Assembly: GCA_964485575.1 (NCBI GenBank)
Contig: CAZAJO010000002.1
Coordinates: 23,230-87,229 of the forward strand
Reading direction: 5' to 3'
Source: an uncultured Gammaproteobacteria bacterium
GTDB lineage: Bacteria > Patescibacteriota > Microgenomatia > Levybacterales > GWA1-39-11
Length of the DNA: 64,000 bases
Below the pieces are notes generated by a model. The model saw only the letters and a program-made list of their open reading frames with translations, was not told the origin of the DNA and did no database searches. The position numbers were made by a program, and so were the translations under genes. Below are positions 48,123 through 57,928 of the stretch, piece after piece. Numbering within the stretch: the first letter of the stretch is position 1; the number at the start of each line of letters is the position of its first letter.

Positions 48123-48851
48123 CTTACCACGAACCAAAAATGAGTGGAAACTCATGATCATCGCATAAATAAACCCGGCTACTCCATCCTTATAACCCTT
48201 CTTGAAGAAATAATTTTGAATAAATTTTCCAGCGGGATACATTAGGATCAAGTAAAAATTAGAGTTACCACCTGTTTCCTCCAACTCAGACTCCCTCATG
48301 CTTGAATAGGTATCCACCTCTGCTATGAATTCTTTTACTGACTGATGCGGTGCATGCACCAATGGGGTAGTTAAAGTGCTTGTATTCCCATTCACACTCC
48401 ATTCTTCATGCACTTTGCCATGCCACTTCCCTGAGTCTTTTTTTGCCAGTCTCATTAATCTGACTTCTCCAACCTCGCCATGCAGAATTTTTTTACCCCA
48501 CATAAAATCAACACGTCTTAGATAAAAGCCTGAAAATTCTTTATTATTCATTTTTGACAATATCTCATCCCGCAATTTTTCACTAACGTACTCATCAGAA
48601 TCCACAAATAAAATCCAGTTTCCGTGAGCGTTGTTGAGAGCAAAATTTCTTTGATTTGAAAAATTATTGTTAAGTGGTCGACTAAATACTTTACTCGTGT
48701 AGTTCCTGGCAATGTCTAGGGTGCGATCAGTCGACTCGTCATCAATGACGATCAATTCGTCCCCGAAATTCAGCAGTTCAAGACAGTCAACTAAATGTTC
48801 TTCGTCATTATGCGTCAAGACTATAATACTTAAATTAGTTTCTGCGGCCAT
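48081..48851 (-). CDS. GT2 glycosyltransferase (WaaE/KdtX-like)
   Basis: LTHNDE, IDDESTDRT, QRNFAL, VDSDE and VHE. Confidence 0.82.
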   Translation of the reverse strand: MAAETNLSIIVLTHNDEEHLVDCLELLNFGDELIVIDDESTDRTLDIARNYTSKVFSRPLNNNFSNQRNFALNNAHGNWILFVDSDEYVSEKLRDEILSKMNNKEFSGFYLRRVDFMWGKKILHGEVGEVRLMRLAKKDSGKWHGKVHEEWSVNGNTSTLTTPLVHAPHQSVKEFIAEVDTYSSMRESELEETGGNSNFYLILMYPAGKFIQNYFFKKGYKDGVAGFIYAMIMSFHSFLVRGKLYLRKADTDKVSQ

Positions 48852-50661
48852 ATTTAATGTTATAGAGATATTGTTTTGTGCGCAAGTCGCTTGTTATTAG
48901 GGTAACGGTATAATCTTTACAGTTGGTTATACCCAAATGCTTGCACAGCCAATCAAAATCCCCGCCTCTAACTAAAAGCTTACTGATATTTGAGGGTAAT
49001 TTAAATATATGAGTTTCTTGATTGATGAAATAGAAGACATTTTTATACTTAAAGTCAGCATAATATAATTCGTAGACACCATAATTTGTTACCGTTTCAT
49101 ATTTTTTGATATTTCTCGTAAACTGACCATTGAAATCATAGTATGAAGCTGGATCTTTTGCTAAGTTTTTTCTTAAGAAATTATCTTTATTTGCCCATCC
49201 CAATCCATATGGCAGAATAACAAGCGTATTAAATAAATAGTATAAGGCGAGGCAAGCAAACAGGATAATCAAGCCTATTTTGAAAAGATAATTCTTTATA
49301 AAATAGATCAATCCCACCGCGGCTAGTTGATAAGTCAACAACATATATGGCAAAGAGTATCTCCCACGACCAAATCCTAGTGGAAAAAACAAGACAGGAA
49401 GCATAAGCAATATTAGTAGCAAAAAGAATTTTTTGTACTTGAAGATTTCTTTTCTCTTAACAAAAAACAGCAAAAGGAGTCCAATGACGATGAAGAATCC
49501 GTATTCGAGTGTAAAGTTGAATTTTTCACTAAATCCAGCCAAAGTAAAATTTTTCATGAACATTTCTGTATGGGAATACGTTTGCGTATTTTGTCCCTGT
49601 GAAGTGTTGATGTAAAGAGGATTACCCACAAGTATAATAGCGCGAATATACCAGGGAAGAACTATAATCAATGAACTCAAACCAAACAACAAGGTTTTTT
49701 TAGCCTTATCCATTAATTTATTGTTCTTCAACAACAATATTAGAAATAGAACCGCGAACGGGTAATAAAATAAAATCCAGATTTTACTTGCCAACGCAAC
49801 TCCAAGTAACACACCGCTTAGGATTATGTTTGTTTTTTGAATTTTAGATGTTAGCAACAACACTACGGAAAGGCTGAAACAGTATAGAGCAGGAAAATCA
49901 CTGAATGCTTGAGTTCCAAGTTGAATCATTAATGGGGCACTAACAAACATCAATGCAGCTAGAGCGCTTTTTTTATTGTCATTTTTATCCAGTAAATTAA
50001 CTCTATAAAGAAGAAAGAATATAAGTATAAAAAAGCCGAAATGTACAACGTGAGTCATCAGACCATTGCTGACCACTTGGGTTAAGATATAAAAAAGTTC
50101 AGGAAGGTGAGGAACAGTAGTATAACTTTCGTCACCCAATGCCGGTATCATGATCGTGTGATTCTCAAGATAAATTCTGGGAAATCTAAGATGATAGTCC
50201 AATGGATCACCAGCTGTTTGTGGAGGCACTAATCTTAGGAATGCAATAATTATAAAAACAAAACTAAGAATTTTTATCCAATCACGATTCTTATCTATAG
50301 TAAGTTGGAATTTTACCGGCCAGCGTTTAAAAGACCAAATCGAGACAATAGTCAAAACGCCTACCAAAAGTATCATATTCAACTCAGTAAGCAGGCCAAT
50401 CAACCCCACGATAAATATTAAGATGCTTATGAATGAATACCCTAGTGCAAAGTTTATGAAATGTGAAAGCCTACTGTCGTAATTTTTTTCGAAAAAAAGC
50501 TTTGCAAGGATCCTCCCGGTCCCATACATTATGTAAAACAATAACAATACATAAATGAGAAAAAGTGTTTGTCTAAGAAAAAATTCCGGATCGAGAAATA
50601 CACCAATAAAATCCTTTTGTAAATCGTTGACAGATTCTAAGATAAGACGCAACTTTTCCAT
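48835..50661 (-). CDS. GT-C fold glycosyltransferase (PMT/ArnT-like)
   Basis: Multi-TM; P...GDPLDYHLRFPR, GNPLY and GRYSLP; similar to 45734-47290. Confidence 0.7.
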   Translation of the reverse strand: MEKLRLILESVNDLQKDFIGVFLDPEFFLRQTLFLIYVLLLFYIMYGTGRILAKLFFEKNYDSRLSHFINFALGYSFISILIFIVGLIGLLTELNMILLVGVLTIVSIWSFKRWPVKFQLTIDKNRDWIKILSFVFIIIAFLRLVPPQTAGDPLDYHLRFPRIYLENHTIMIPALGDESYTTVPHLPELFYILTQVVSNGLMTHVVHFGFFILIFFLLYRVNLLDKNDNKKSALAALMFVSAPLMIQLGTQAFSDFPALYCFSLSVVLLLTSKIQKTNIILSGVLLGVALASKIWILFYYPFAVLFLILLLKNNKLMDKAKKTLLFGLSSLIIVLPWYIRAIILVGNPLYINTSQGQNTQTYSHTEMFMKNFTLAGFSEKFNFTLEYGFFIVIGLLLLFFVKRKEIFKYKKFFLLLILLMLPVLFFPLGFGRGRYSLPYMLLTYQLAAVGLIYFIKNYLFKIGLIILFACLALYYLFNTLVILPYGLGWANKDNFLRKNLAKDPASYYDFNGQFTRNIKKYETVTNYGVYELYYADFKYKNVFYFINQETHIFKLPSNISKLLVRGGDFDWLCKHLGITNCKDYTVTLITSDLRTKQYLYNIKYGRRN

Positions 50662-51359
50662 TACTTCTTTGAGGCAACTACAATAAGAGAAATTCCGAAA
50701 GGTAATCCTTTCTTAGGTTCTATCGCTTTAAGCATCGGCACAACCCAGTTGAATGACTTGACCTGAGATTTTTCAAGTTGGCCATGATTTTTACTTATGT
50801 AGTTTCTTACGATCCAGCTCAGCAAGCCTGCCATATTGAAGAATTCTAACTCTTCAACTTTAAAACCAGCATTCTTCATTTTCTCTCTCAGTTCTTCCTT
50901 CTCATATCTTCTATAATGACCAAGGCTTCTATCAAGTTCGTTATAAGCTATTCTTTTTGCTGGTACCAAAAGTACGAGCTTGCCTGAGTTCTCAAGAAGT
51001 CCATATAAATTCCTGAGTGCTTTTTCATCATTATCTATATGTTCTAAGACATTTACCCCATAAATCGATTTAAATCTGCTTTTCACTTTACTGAGATTTG
51101 AAGCTGCATTGAATAACTCTACCTTTATATTTTTGTTTTTGGCAAACTTTTTTGTTAATGAATCTATGAGCATACTGTCTATATCTGTAAGAACTAATTC
51201 TTTAAGATTTAGCATATGCTCCGAAATGTTACCCGTACCAGCTCCAATCTCCAAAGTTGGGCTTTTCAGATAAGGTTTTATTCTTGAAGCAATCCATTTA
51301 TTATAATTTTCTGCACCCTCTAGTACCTCCAATGTTTGAACTCCGATATATTTACCCAT
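50661..51359 (-). CDS. class I SAM-dependent methyltransferase
   Basis: LEIGAGTG, NVLEHI, LVPA and GHYRRY. Confidence 0.85.
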   Translation of the reverse strand: MGKYIGVQTLEVLEGAENYNKWIASRIKPYLKSPTLEIGAGTGNISEHMLNLKELVLTDIDSMLIDSLTKKFAKNKNIKVELFNAASNLSKVKSRFKSIYGVNVLEHIDNDEKALRNLYGLLENSGKLVLLVPAKRIAYNELDRSLGHYRRYEKEELREKMKNAGFKVEELEFFNMAGLLSWIVRNYISKNHGQLEKSQVKSFNWVVPMLKAIEPKKGLPFGISLIVVASKK

Positions 51360-51381
51360 AATATTATTCTATCTTATTTAT

Positions 51382-52074
51382 CTATGAAGTTGCTGTCATG
51401 ATAATAGTTTTGATAACTGAAAGTCCATGTTTATAAGGACTGAGATACGACTTTCCACTTTTTCTTTGACGGCACGTAATCGGTACTGTTCGAATCACGA
51501 GATCATTTTGTGAGGCCTTAACTACAACTTCCGCTTCGTAAGCAAAATCGTTTGCGCGCGGAATAATTTGTTTAATCTTACTTTTCCTATATCCCTTAAG
51601 ACCGGTCATGACATCTATGATATATTTTCCAGAAAAAATAGTAGCGACAAAGGAGACAAAAATATTCCCGAGTAAATTCGTTTGTGTGCTTTTTTTAGGT
51701 TTAAAAAGATTACTCAGACTATATCGTGCTCCAAGAACTATATCTGCACCCTCCCTCAGTGTGTTGATCAATTTAGGTATATCAGATGCCTTCAGCTGCC
51801 CATCTGCATCGAATTGAATAATAAAATCCTTTGTAGCTTGAGAAAGTCCTGTTTTGAATGCCCCACCTTTACCTTTATTTTTTTTATGTGAAATAACTTT
51901 ATCGGCACCCTCTTTTTTCGCAATTTCTGCAGTCTTGTCTTTAGAGGCGTCATCAATAACTATTATTTCAACTTTGTAATCCCTCCTAAGTTTTGATAAT
52001 TCTTTTATGACTGAGGCAATATTTTTTTCTTCGTTGTATGCGGGAACAATCACCGAAATAGTATCTTTTGCCAT
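51382..52074 (-). CDS. GT2 DPM-like glycosyltransferase
   Basis: VPAYNEE, IDDASKD, GKGGA and FDADGQ. Confidence 0.85.
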   Translation of the reverse strand: MAKDTISVIVPAYNEEKNIASVIKELSKLRRDYKVEIIVIDDASKDKTAEIAKKEGADKVISHKKNKGKGGAFKTGLSQATKDFIIQFDADGQLKASDIPKLINTLREGADIVLGARYSLSNLFKPKKSTQTNLLGNIFVSFVATIFSGKYIIDVMTGLKGYRKSKIKQIIPRANDFAYEAEVVVKASQNDLVIRTVPITCRQRKSGKSYLSPYKHGLSVIKTIIMTATS

Positions 52075-52108
52075 TTTTGTATAATATCATACAAACACAG
52101 TTTAGTTT

Positions 52109-52576
52109 ATGGGGAAAAGAAATTTTAAAGTGTTACTTCTGCTTCTTCTGGGGTTGTGGATCCTACTTGTTTTTTCACGGGTTATCCATAATATTTCAAA
52201 ACTATATACTGAAGAAACCCACTGGATATTTTTGACTGATGATCAAAAAAGAGAAAAACAATTTGGGGAGAAATATGTCTTTCTTAAATTTGTTAATGAG
52301 AAAGTAAATTCTCAATCGAATATCCTAATGTTTACTAATGATGGCATGGCCTACTACTTGGCAAGATATTTTTTGTACCCTACGACAGTCATATGGGGAG
52401 AAAGACAATATACAGAATGGGGGAATGATATAAACAGAGATTATTCTTATGCAATTTTCTATCCTATTACAAATCCTTCCTACACTAACAAAAAAATCAT
52501 TAACGAAGTCACCTTTACTACATTTGCTGAATTTAAAGTAAATGGATTAATAAGAGGGGTGATATACAAGAAATGA
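52109..52576 (+). CDS. membrane-anchored hypothetical protein
   Basis: N-terminal TM, YYLARYFLYP; coupled to the downstream GT-C gene. Confidence 0.6.
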   Translation: MGKRNFKVLLLLLLGLWILLVFSRVIHNISKLYTEETHWIFLTDDQKREKQFGEKYVFLKFVNEKVNSQSNILMFTNDGMAYYLARYFLYPTTVIWGERQYTEWGNDINRDYSYAIFYPITNPSYTNKKIINEVTFTTFAEFKVNGLIRGVIYKK

Positions 52577-53889
52577 ATACATTAATTATTATTTTTGACA
52601 TTATAATGATTTTTTTGGTCGGATATACTACCGGTTGCACTTGGCTTTTTCCAAAGACTTACTCATTTTTTAAAAAATTTGCCCTCTCTTACGCTCTTGG
52701 GTTTGGATTTATCGGTATCCAAATGTTTGTTTTGTCAGTTATTGGAATTGCGTGGAACTACGGAATTATCCTTACCCCGTGGGTAATATTTATATGTTAC
52801 TTTTTTCTAAAAAACAAAAACCTTCTACACTCTTCTGCTATTAAAGTAAAATCGATGACAAGAATTGAAAAAATTCTCGCCTCCATTCTTATAGTTCTTG
52901 TATTATTTGTAGGAATAGAATCTACAATTAGACCTGTTCAGGCATGGGATGGATGGGATAACTGGGTGTTTAGAGCAAATGTATTCTATCTGAATAGCGG
53001 AATTGATCATTATTATTTCGCCTACACAACTGACTCGTACCCCTTGATAATTCCGCTAACAACTTCTCTTGGGTATATAACACTGGGGGAGATTGACGAT
53101 AAAGCAATACTTCTTTTTTATTATTCTTTTTATGTCGTACTAGGAATCCTTTTCTATGGAACGGTAAGAGATCTTGCAAGCCGGAGAACTGCGCTACTTT
53201 TTACACTACTATTGCTCTCATCTCAAAATTTAATACGACATGGAGGAAGGTATGAAGCAGGGCAGGCGGATCTTATTGTTGGCTTTTATATATTTTCCGG
53301 TGTAATTGTCTTATTGGATTACTTAAAACTTAATTCAAATAGAGTTTTACTTCTACTTGCAATACTACTTGGGATTGCTACTCAAATAAAAAATGATGCT
53401 ATTCCTTTTGTTTTACTTTCATCTGTTTTTGTAATCTACAAGATATTAAAAGAAAGAAGATATTTAAGATTACTTTATCTAATTCCCATACCGTTGGTAA
53501 TGCTTGGGTGGGAATTATTTAAAAAGTTCAACAATTTACATCCAAATTTCTTATTCCGTAACGGCATAGAATTTCATGTAGAAAGGTTTCCTGTTGTCGT
53601 TTTTAGTCTTTTTAAAGAGTTCGGAAATATCCAGAATTGGAACATTATCTGGATAGTTTTTCTATTTTGTATTGTTATATATAGGAAGCATCTTGGATCC
53701 ACTATTTTGGTTCCTATTTTTTTGTTTTTTCAGCTTTTATTTTATGTTTTTATTTTTCTTCTTCTACCCCAAGATCCGGTTTCACAAATAAACGCTGTTT
53801 CAAACAAACTCCTACTGCACGTTGTGCCTTTAGCTGCATTTACAATTGCGATAGTGTCTATTAAAGTATTAAAGAAGCCAGGGGTTTGA
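52573..53889 (+). CDS. GT-C fold glycosyltransferase-like membrane protein
   Basis: Multi-TM; P..AWDGWDNW, YPLIIP, QADL and KND. Confidence 0.65.
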   Translation: MNTLIIIFDIIMIFLVGYTTGCTWLFPKTYSFFKKFALSYALGFGFIGIQMFVLSVIGIAWNYGIILTPWVIFICYFFLKNKNLLHSSAIKVKSMTRIEKILASILIVLVLFVGIESTIRPVQAWDGWDNWVFRANVFYLNSGIDHYYFAYTTDSYPLIIPLTTSLGYITLGEIDDKAILLFYYSFYVVLGILFYGTVRDLASRRTALLFTLLLLSSQNLIRHGGRYEAGQADLIVGFYIFSGVIVLLDYLKLNSNRVLLLLAILLGIATQIKNDAIPFVLLSSVFVIYKILKERRYLRLLYLIPIPLVMLGWELFKKFNNLHPNFLFRNGIEFHVERFPVVVFSLFKEFGNIQNWNIIWIVFLFCIVIYRKHLGSTILVPIFLFFQLLFYVFIFLLLPQDPVSQINAVSNKLLLHVVPLAAFTIAIVSIKVLKKPGV

Positions 53890-54760
53890 TGACGGTGTTG
53901 TAGAGCAATACTAACCCTTTTTCCGGAAGAATTTTTGGTCTCCAACCTGCTTTTCGGATTTTTTCTGAGCGGTAATATATATTCGCAACCTTTTCCTTAT
54001 CGCCACTAACGAATTTAATATTACACTTCATGCCCGCAATCTTTTCCATTAGACTAATGATCTTAAGTAGACTATAGTTCTTTCCTGTTCCAACATTATA
54101 TATTCCTTTAATGTTTTTTATAACTGAAAGAAGTATCGCATCAGCAGCATCTTCAACCCATACAAGATCACGCTCCTGGCTCCCATCCCCAGTGATAGTA
54201 ACTGATGATGAATCAAAAAAATTCCTGAAAAGCTTATAGACAAATCCTTTTCTGTTCTCATATCCGTAAAGGCTAAAAAATCTTAAGATTACGTAGTCTT
54301 TACCACTCTTCTTACTCCATTCTTCAATCAATCTCTCGGCTTTCAATTTACTTTTTCCATACTCTGTGTCAGGTCTACAATTGTCATTCTCATCGTATAT
54401 TTTAGTCTTACTACTCCCGTAGACTGCGACTGTTGATACAAAAATTATTTTTCTGACCGGGCTTTTTGAAAGGCTACTCAAAAGATTTCTTGTAGTCTCA
54501 GTGTTTCCTTGGGTCATAGTTGTTTTTCCTTGCTCGATTTGTCCCGCTAAATGGATAAGAATTGTGGAGTTGGTGGTTAGCTTGGTATAATCTGTTTTTT
54601 TAAAAAGATTCCCTGACACAACCTGAACCCCATCGGGGTACGTTGAGCCACTTGAGTCGAGGACTGTTACCCTGTAGCCTTTTTGAATTAATTTTCTTAG
54701 AACTACTCTGCCTAAAAAGCCTGATGCACCTGTAACAGCGATGTTTTTATGACGAGACAT
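53861..54760 (-). CDS. NAD-dependent epimerase/dehydratase (extended SDR)
   Basis: TGASGFLG, YGKSK (YxxxK) and GDGSQERD. Confidence 0.85.
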   Translation of the reverse strand: MSRHKNIAVTGASGFLGRVVLRKLIQKGYRVTVLDSSGSTYPDGVQVVSGNLFKKTDYTKLTTNSTILIHLAGQIEQGKTTMTQGNTETTRNLLSSLSKSPVRKIIFVSTVAVYGSSKTKIYDENDNCRPDTEYGKSKLKAERLIEEWSKKSGKDYVILRFFSLYGYENRKGFVYKLFRNFFDSSSVTITGDGSQERDLVWVEDAADAILLSVIKNIKGIYNVGTGKNYSLLKIISLMEKIAGMKCNIKFVSGDKEKVANIYYRSEKIRKAGWRPKILPEKGLVLLYNTVIKPLASLIL

Positions 54761-54762
54761 TT

Positions 54763-55773
54763 TTAGATCCAACCTTCACTTTTGAGCATTTTTGTAAGCG
54801 CTTTTTTTGACAACTGAACAGTTGTGTCAGAAGAATAATGAAATGGTTTTAATCTCTTCATTTTCTTATATTTCTTCTTTACGGAATCAATTTCTATTTG
54901 TGGCAGGATAACATAATATTTACCCATCTCAATAGTTCTTACGGATTCGGATACACTGACTAATGTTTCGTGAATTTTCTCACCCGGTCTAACACCAATT
55001 GTAACAATATTTTTTTTACTATTTTTTTCACCTAGCATTACATTTACGAGATCAGCAATAGAATGTGCAGGCATTTTTCTTACGAATACTTCCCCACCTA
55101 CACCCTCTTTAAGCGCTGTCATAACAAGATCAACGCTTTCTTTAAGCGTTATCATAAATCTGGTCATGTTTGGATCAGTGATTGTGATTGGCTTTGAATC
55201 ATCAATCAGTGATCTGAATAGCGGCACTACAGATCCCCTTGAACCTAAAACATTTCCATATCTTGTAGAGACAAATATTGTTTTTGAGTTGGTTTCATAA
55301 AGGTTTGCAGTTGTCATCAACCTTTCTTGTAAAGCCTTTGACATTCCATATGCGTTGATTGGCTCTACCGCTTTATCTGTTGATAAAGCAACAACTTTTG
55401 AAACATTTTCGTCTCTTGCTGCTTCGATAATATTTTGTGCCCCCAGAACATTAGTCTTTACCCCCTCCCATACATTGTATTCAACTTCCGTAATCCATTT
55501 TAGAGCCGCAGCATGGATGATAATATCCACTCCCCGTATCGCTTCTCTTACACTACGGTAATCTCTAACGTCCCCAAGAATGAATCTAACTTTTTTTTCA
55601 TTCTTATACTCAAGGCGCATTTGTCCTTGTTTTACTTCATCTCTACTAAAAACAATAATTTCTGAGGGATTGTAGCTAAGAAGCTCTCTGACTAACATTC
55701 TACCGAAAGAACCTGTGCCACCTGTTAAAAATATTTTTTTTCTTTGAATTAGGTTATTTTTTGATGCAACCAT
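54763..55773 (-). CDS. UDP-N-acetylglucosamine 4,6-dehydratase (PseB/FnlA/CapD-like)
   Basis: TGGTGSFG, SRDEVKQ, HAAALK, STDKAV.P.NAYGMSK, RYGNVLGSRGSV and RPGEKIHE; start trimmed to ATG 55773. Confidence 0.88.
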   Translation of the reverse strand: MVASKNNLIQRKKIFLTGGTGSFGRMLVRELLSYNPSEIIVFSRDEVKQGQMRLEYKNEKKVRFILGDVRDYRSVREAIRGVDIIIHAAALKWITEVEYNVWEGVKTNVLGAQNIIEAARDENVSKVVALSTDKAVEPINAYGMSKALQERLMTTANLYETNSKTIFVSTRYGNVLGSRGSVVPLFRSLIDDSKPITITDPNMTRFMITLKESVDLVMTALKEGVGGEVFVRKMPAHSIADLVNVMLGEKNSKKNIVTIGVRPGEKIHETLVSVSESVRTIEMGKYYVILPQIEIDSVKKKYKKMKRLKPFHYSSDTTVQLSKKALTKMLKSEGWI

Positions 55774-55849
55774 AGAAGTGTTATATTCTATCATAAGCAT
55801 TATTTCAAGCAGTTTCGCAATTTTAATCTTATTTGATATAATACCAACA

Positions 55850-56560
55850 ATGAAAAAACAGACGACAAAAAAGCCAAAAGTAACAATAACTATGGCCGCT
55901 TTAAATGAAGAAAAAGTGATTGGTAAAGCTCTGGAAGAATGTTTTAAACTAAAAAAATTATATGACCTCCAAGTGCTTGTAGTCCTCGATAGTAAAACCA
56001 CTGATGATACCGCCGGTGTTGCGGAAAAAGCAGGCGCAACTGTCATTCAAACAGGAAAATGGAGAGGTAAAGGATATGCCCTTAGGAAAGCGACAAAATT
56101 TATTAAGGGAGATTATGTCATCCAAATTGATGCTGACTATCAATTCATGCCTTCCGATATACCTAAATTTATGGATGCTTTGCAAAATGGGTATGATGTC
56201 GCTTTGGCTACCCGTTATGAGAAGGGCGCAAAAGTCTCTAAAGATTCAGTTACTCCTTTCCGTCAATTTGGAATCCATTTTTTATCCCTTGCTACTTCAA
56301 TTGCAGCAGGCCAAAGAGTTACTGATATGCTTGCCGGGTTTAAGGGATTTAAGACAAAGGTTCTTAAGGATATCAACATGAAGGAAGACCATTATGGATA
56401 CGAGGCAGAAGTTATCATCAAAGCAGCACAAAAGAAGTACAAAATAAAAAATATTCCGATAACCTATAAAAAGAGAATGGTAGGAACCACAAAACTTATG
56501 CCGATCAAAGATGGTTTTCTTTTCCTACAAACCATCATAAAAATAGGACTTGGGTTATGA
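55850..56560 (+). CDS. GT2 DPM-like glycosyltransferase
   Basis: AALNEE, GKGYA, IDADYQ and DMLAGFKGF; start at ATG 55850 after TATAAT. Confidence 0.83.
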   Translation: MKKQTTKKPKVTITMAALNEEKVIGKALEECFKLKKLYDLQVLVVLDSKTTDDTAGVAEKAGATVIQTGKWRGKGYALRKATKFIKGDYVIQIDADYQFMPSDIPKFMDALQNGYDVALATRYEKGAKVSKDSVTPFRQFGIHFLSLATSIAAGQRVTDMLAGFKGFKTKVLKDINMKEDHYGYEAEVIIKAAQKKYKIKNIPITYKKRMVGTTKLMPIKDGFLFLQTIIKIGLGL

Positions 56561-56562
56561 AG

Positions 56563-57849
56563 CTAGGTGATTGCAATTTCCTCATTCACATTGTTAATTC
56601 GGTAAACTATTTTTCCAGTCCCCAATACATTCCATACATCACAAACGATACAATTTTTCTTGACTAGACTTTTGATTTTTTTAATGTCTAATTTTTTATA
56701 CATATTGTGATTGGTGGCGATAAATAGTATATCTGCGTCGCGAACCGCCTCATACACATCTTTCTCAATTTTCTGCTTTTCATATTCTTTAACATATGGG
56801 TCATGAAGAACTACTTCTGCTCTTTCGCGAAGAAGTGCATGTCTGACCTTAAAGCTAAGAGATTCTCTGATATCGTCAATCTCTGCTTTGAATGCCAATC
56901 CTAATATTGCTGCTTTCTTGTTCTTTAATTTCATCCTTTCCCTTACTAGTCTTATAAGAAACATCGGCATCGACTCATTTATTTTCCAACTTGTAGATAT
57001 GAGATCTGCGTATGGAAGATCTGATATTAAGAAAAAACCATCCTTAAACAGGCATGGACCCGCGGTAAGACCAGGCATAGTAAGTCCCCCTCTTTTATAT
57101 TTGTAGTTAACTAAATTCACGATCTCATAAATATCCCTGTGATAGTTGTGAGCCAAAACCATAAATTCGTTGGCTACTGCAAAATTAATATATCTATACA
57201 TATTAGTAAATAATTTTGATAATTCTGCAGAGACGCTATCTGTTAAAAGGGTTGAAATACCCAGACTCTTAAAGAATCCATCTGCTTTTTTCAGACTTTT
57301 TTTATCGTCTGCTCCTATTATCTGGGGAATAGATTTCATCTCTTCAATCGAATTGCCTTCAGATATTCTCTCTGGACAGAATGCAACAAAAAAATCTTTT
57401 CCAATCTTAAGATTCGTGTTATCCTCTATCAAAGATTGGACATATTTTGTTGTCCTGGGAGACACGGTGCTTCGAAGTATCAATGTCTGTCCTGATTTAA
57501 AAAAAGGTACAGAATTTATGATAGATTCATTTATCTGAGAGTAGACAGGATTCATATTCTCGTCAACGGGGGTACCCAATGTCAGAATAATAAAATCACT
57601 TTTTTTTATACAAGAATAATCAGTGGTTGCGAAAAAGTCTTTCCCGATATGTTTCTTGAGTAATGGTGCAGCCCCCTTTTCCATGAATGGCATTTTGCCT
57701 GCGTTAATCTTTGAGATTTTGAGAGGGTCTCTCCCTATCCCATAAACTTTTGAATTTTTTTCGTCAGCAAGAACTAAAGCGAGTGGGAAACCTACTCTAC
57801 CAATCCCAATAACTGATGTGATTATTTCTGTTCGTGTCCTGGAAGGCAT
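56563..57849 (-). CDS. nucleotide-sugar dehydrogenase (UDP-glucose/GDP-mannose/UDP-ManNAc dehydrogenase family)
   Basis: GIGRVG, LRSTV.P, CPERI, GPCLFKD and GLAFK.EIDDIRES. Confidence 0.88.
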   Translation of the reverse strand: MPSRTRTEIITSVIGIGRVGFPLALVLADEKNSKVYGIGRDPLKISKINAGKMPFMEKGAAPLLKKHIGKDFFATTDYSCIKKSDFIILTLGTPVDENMNPVYSQINESIINSVPFFKSGQTLILRSTVSPRTTKYVQSLIEDNTNLKIGKDFFVAFCPERISEGNSIEEMKSIPQIIGADDKKSLKKADGFFKSLGISTLLTDSVSAELSKLFTNMYRYINFAVANEFMVLAHNYHRDIYEIVNLVNYKYKRGGLTMPGLTAGPCLFKDGFFLISDLPYADLISTSWKINESMPMFLIRLVRERMKLKNKKAAILGLAFKAEIDDIRESLSFKVRHALLRERAEVVLHDPYVKEYEKQKIEKDVYEAVRDADILFIATNHNMYKKLDIKKIKSLVKKNCIVCDVWNVLGTGKIVYRINNVNEEIAIT

Positions 57850-57928
57850 AGAAAAAAGATAGAATCAAAAGATTATAGCACAAAAGAAAATTGCTAATTT
57901 GGCTATTTAAGTTACCAAATATATCACG

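Noticed and set aside
55774-56046. 91-aa N-terminal extension of the dehydratase ORF
   Set aside because: It is the antisense shadow of the divergent GT2 gene; the Rossmann motif begins shortly after ATG 55773.
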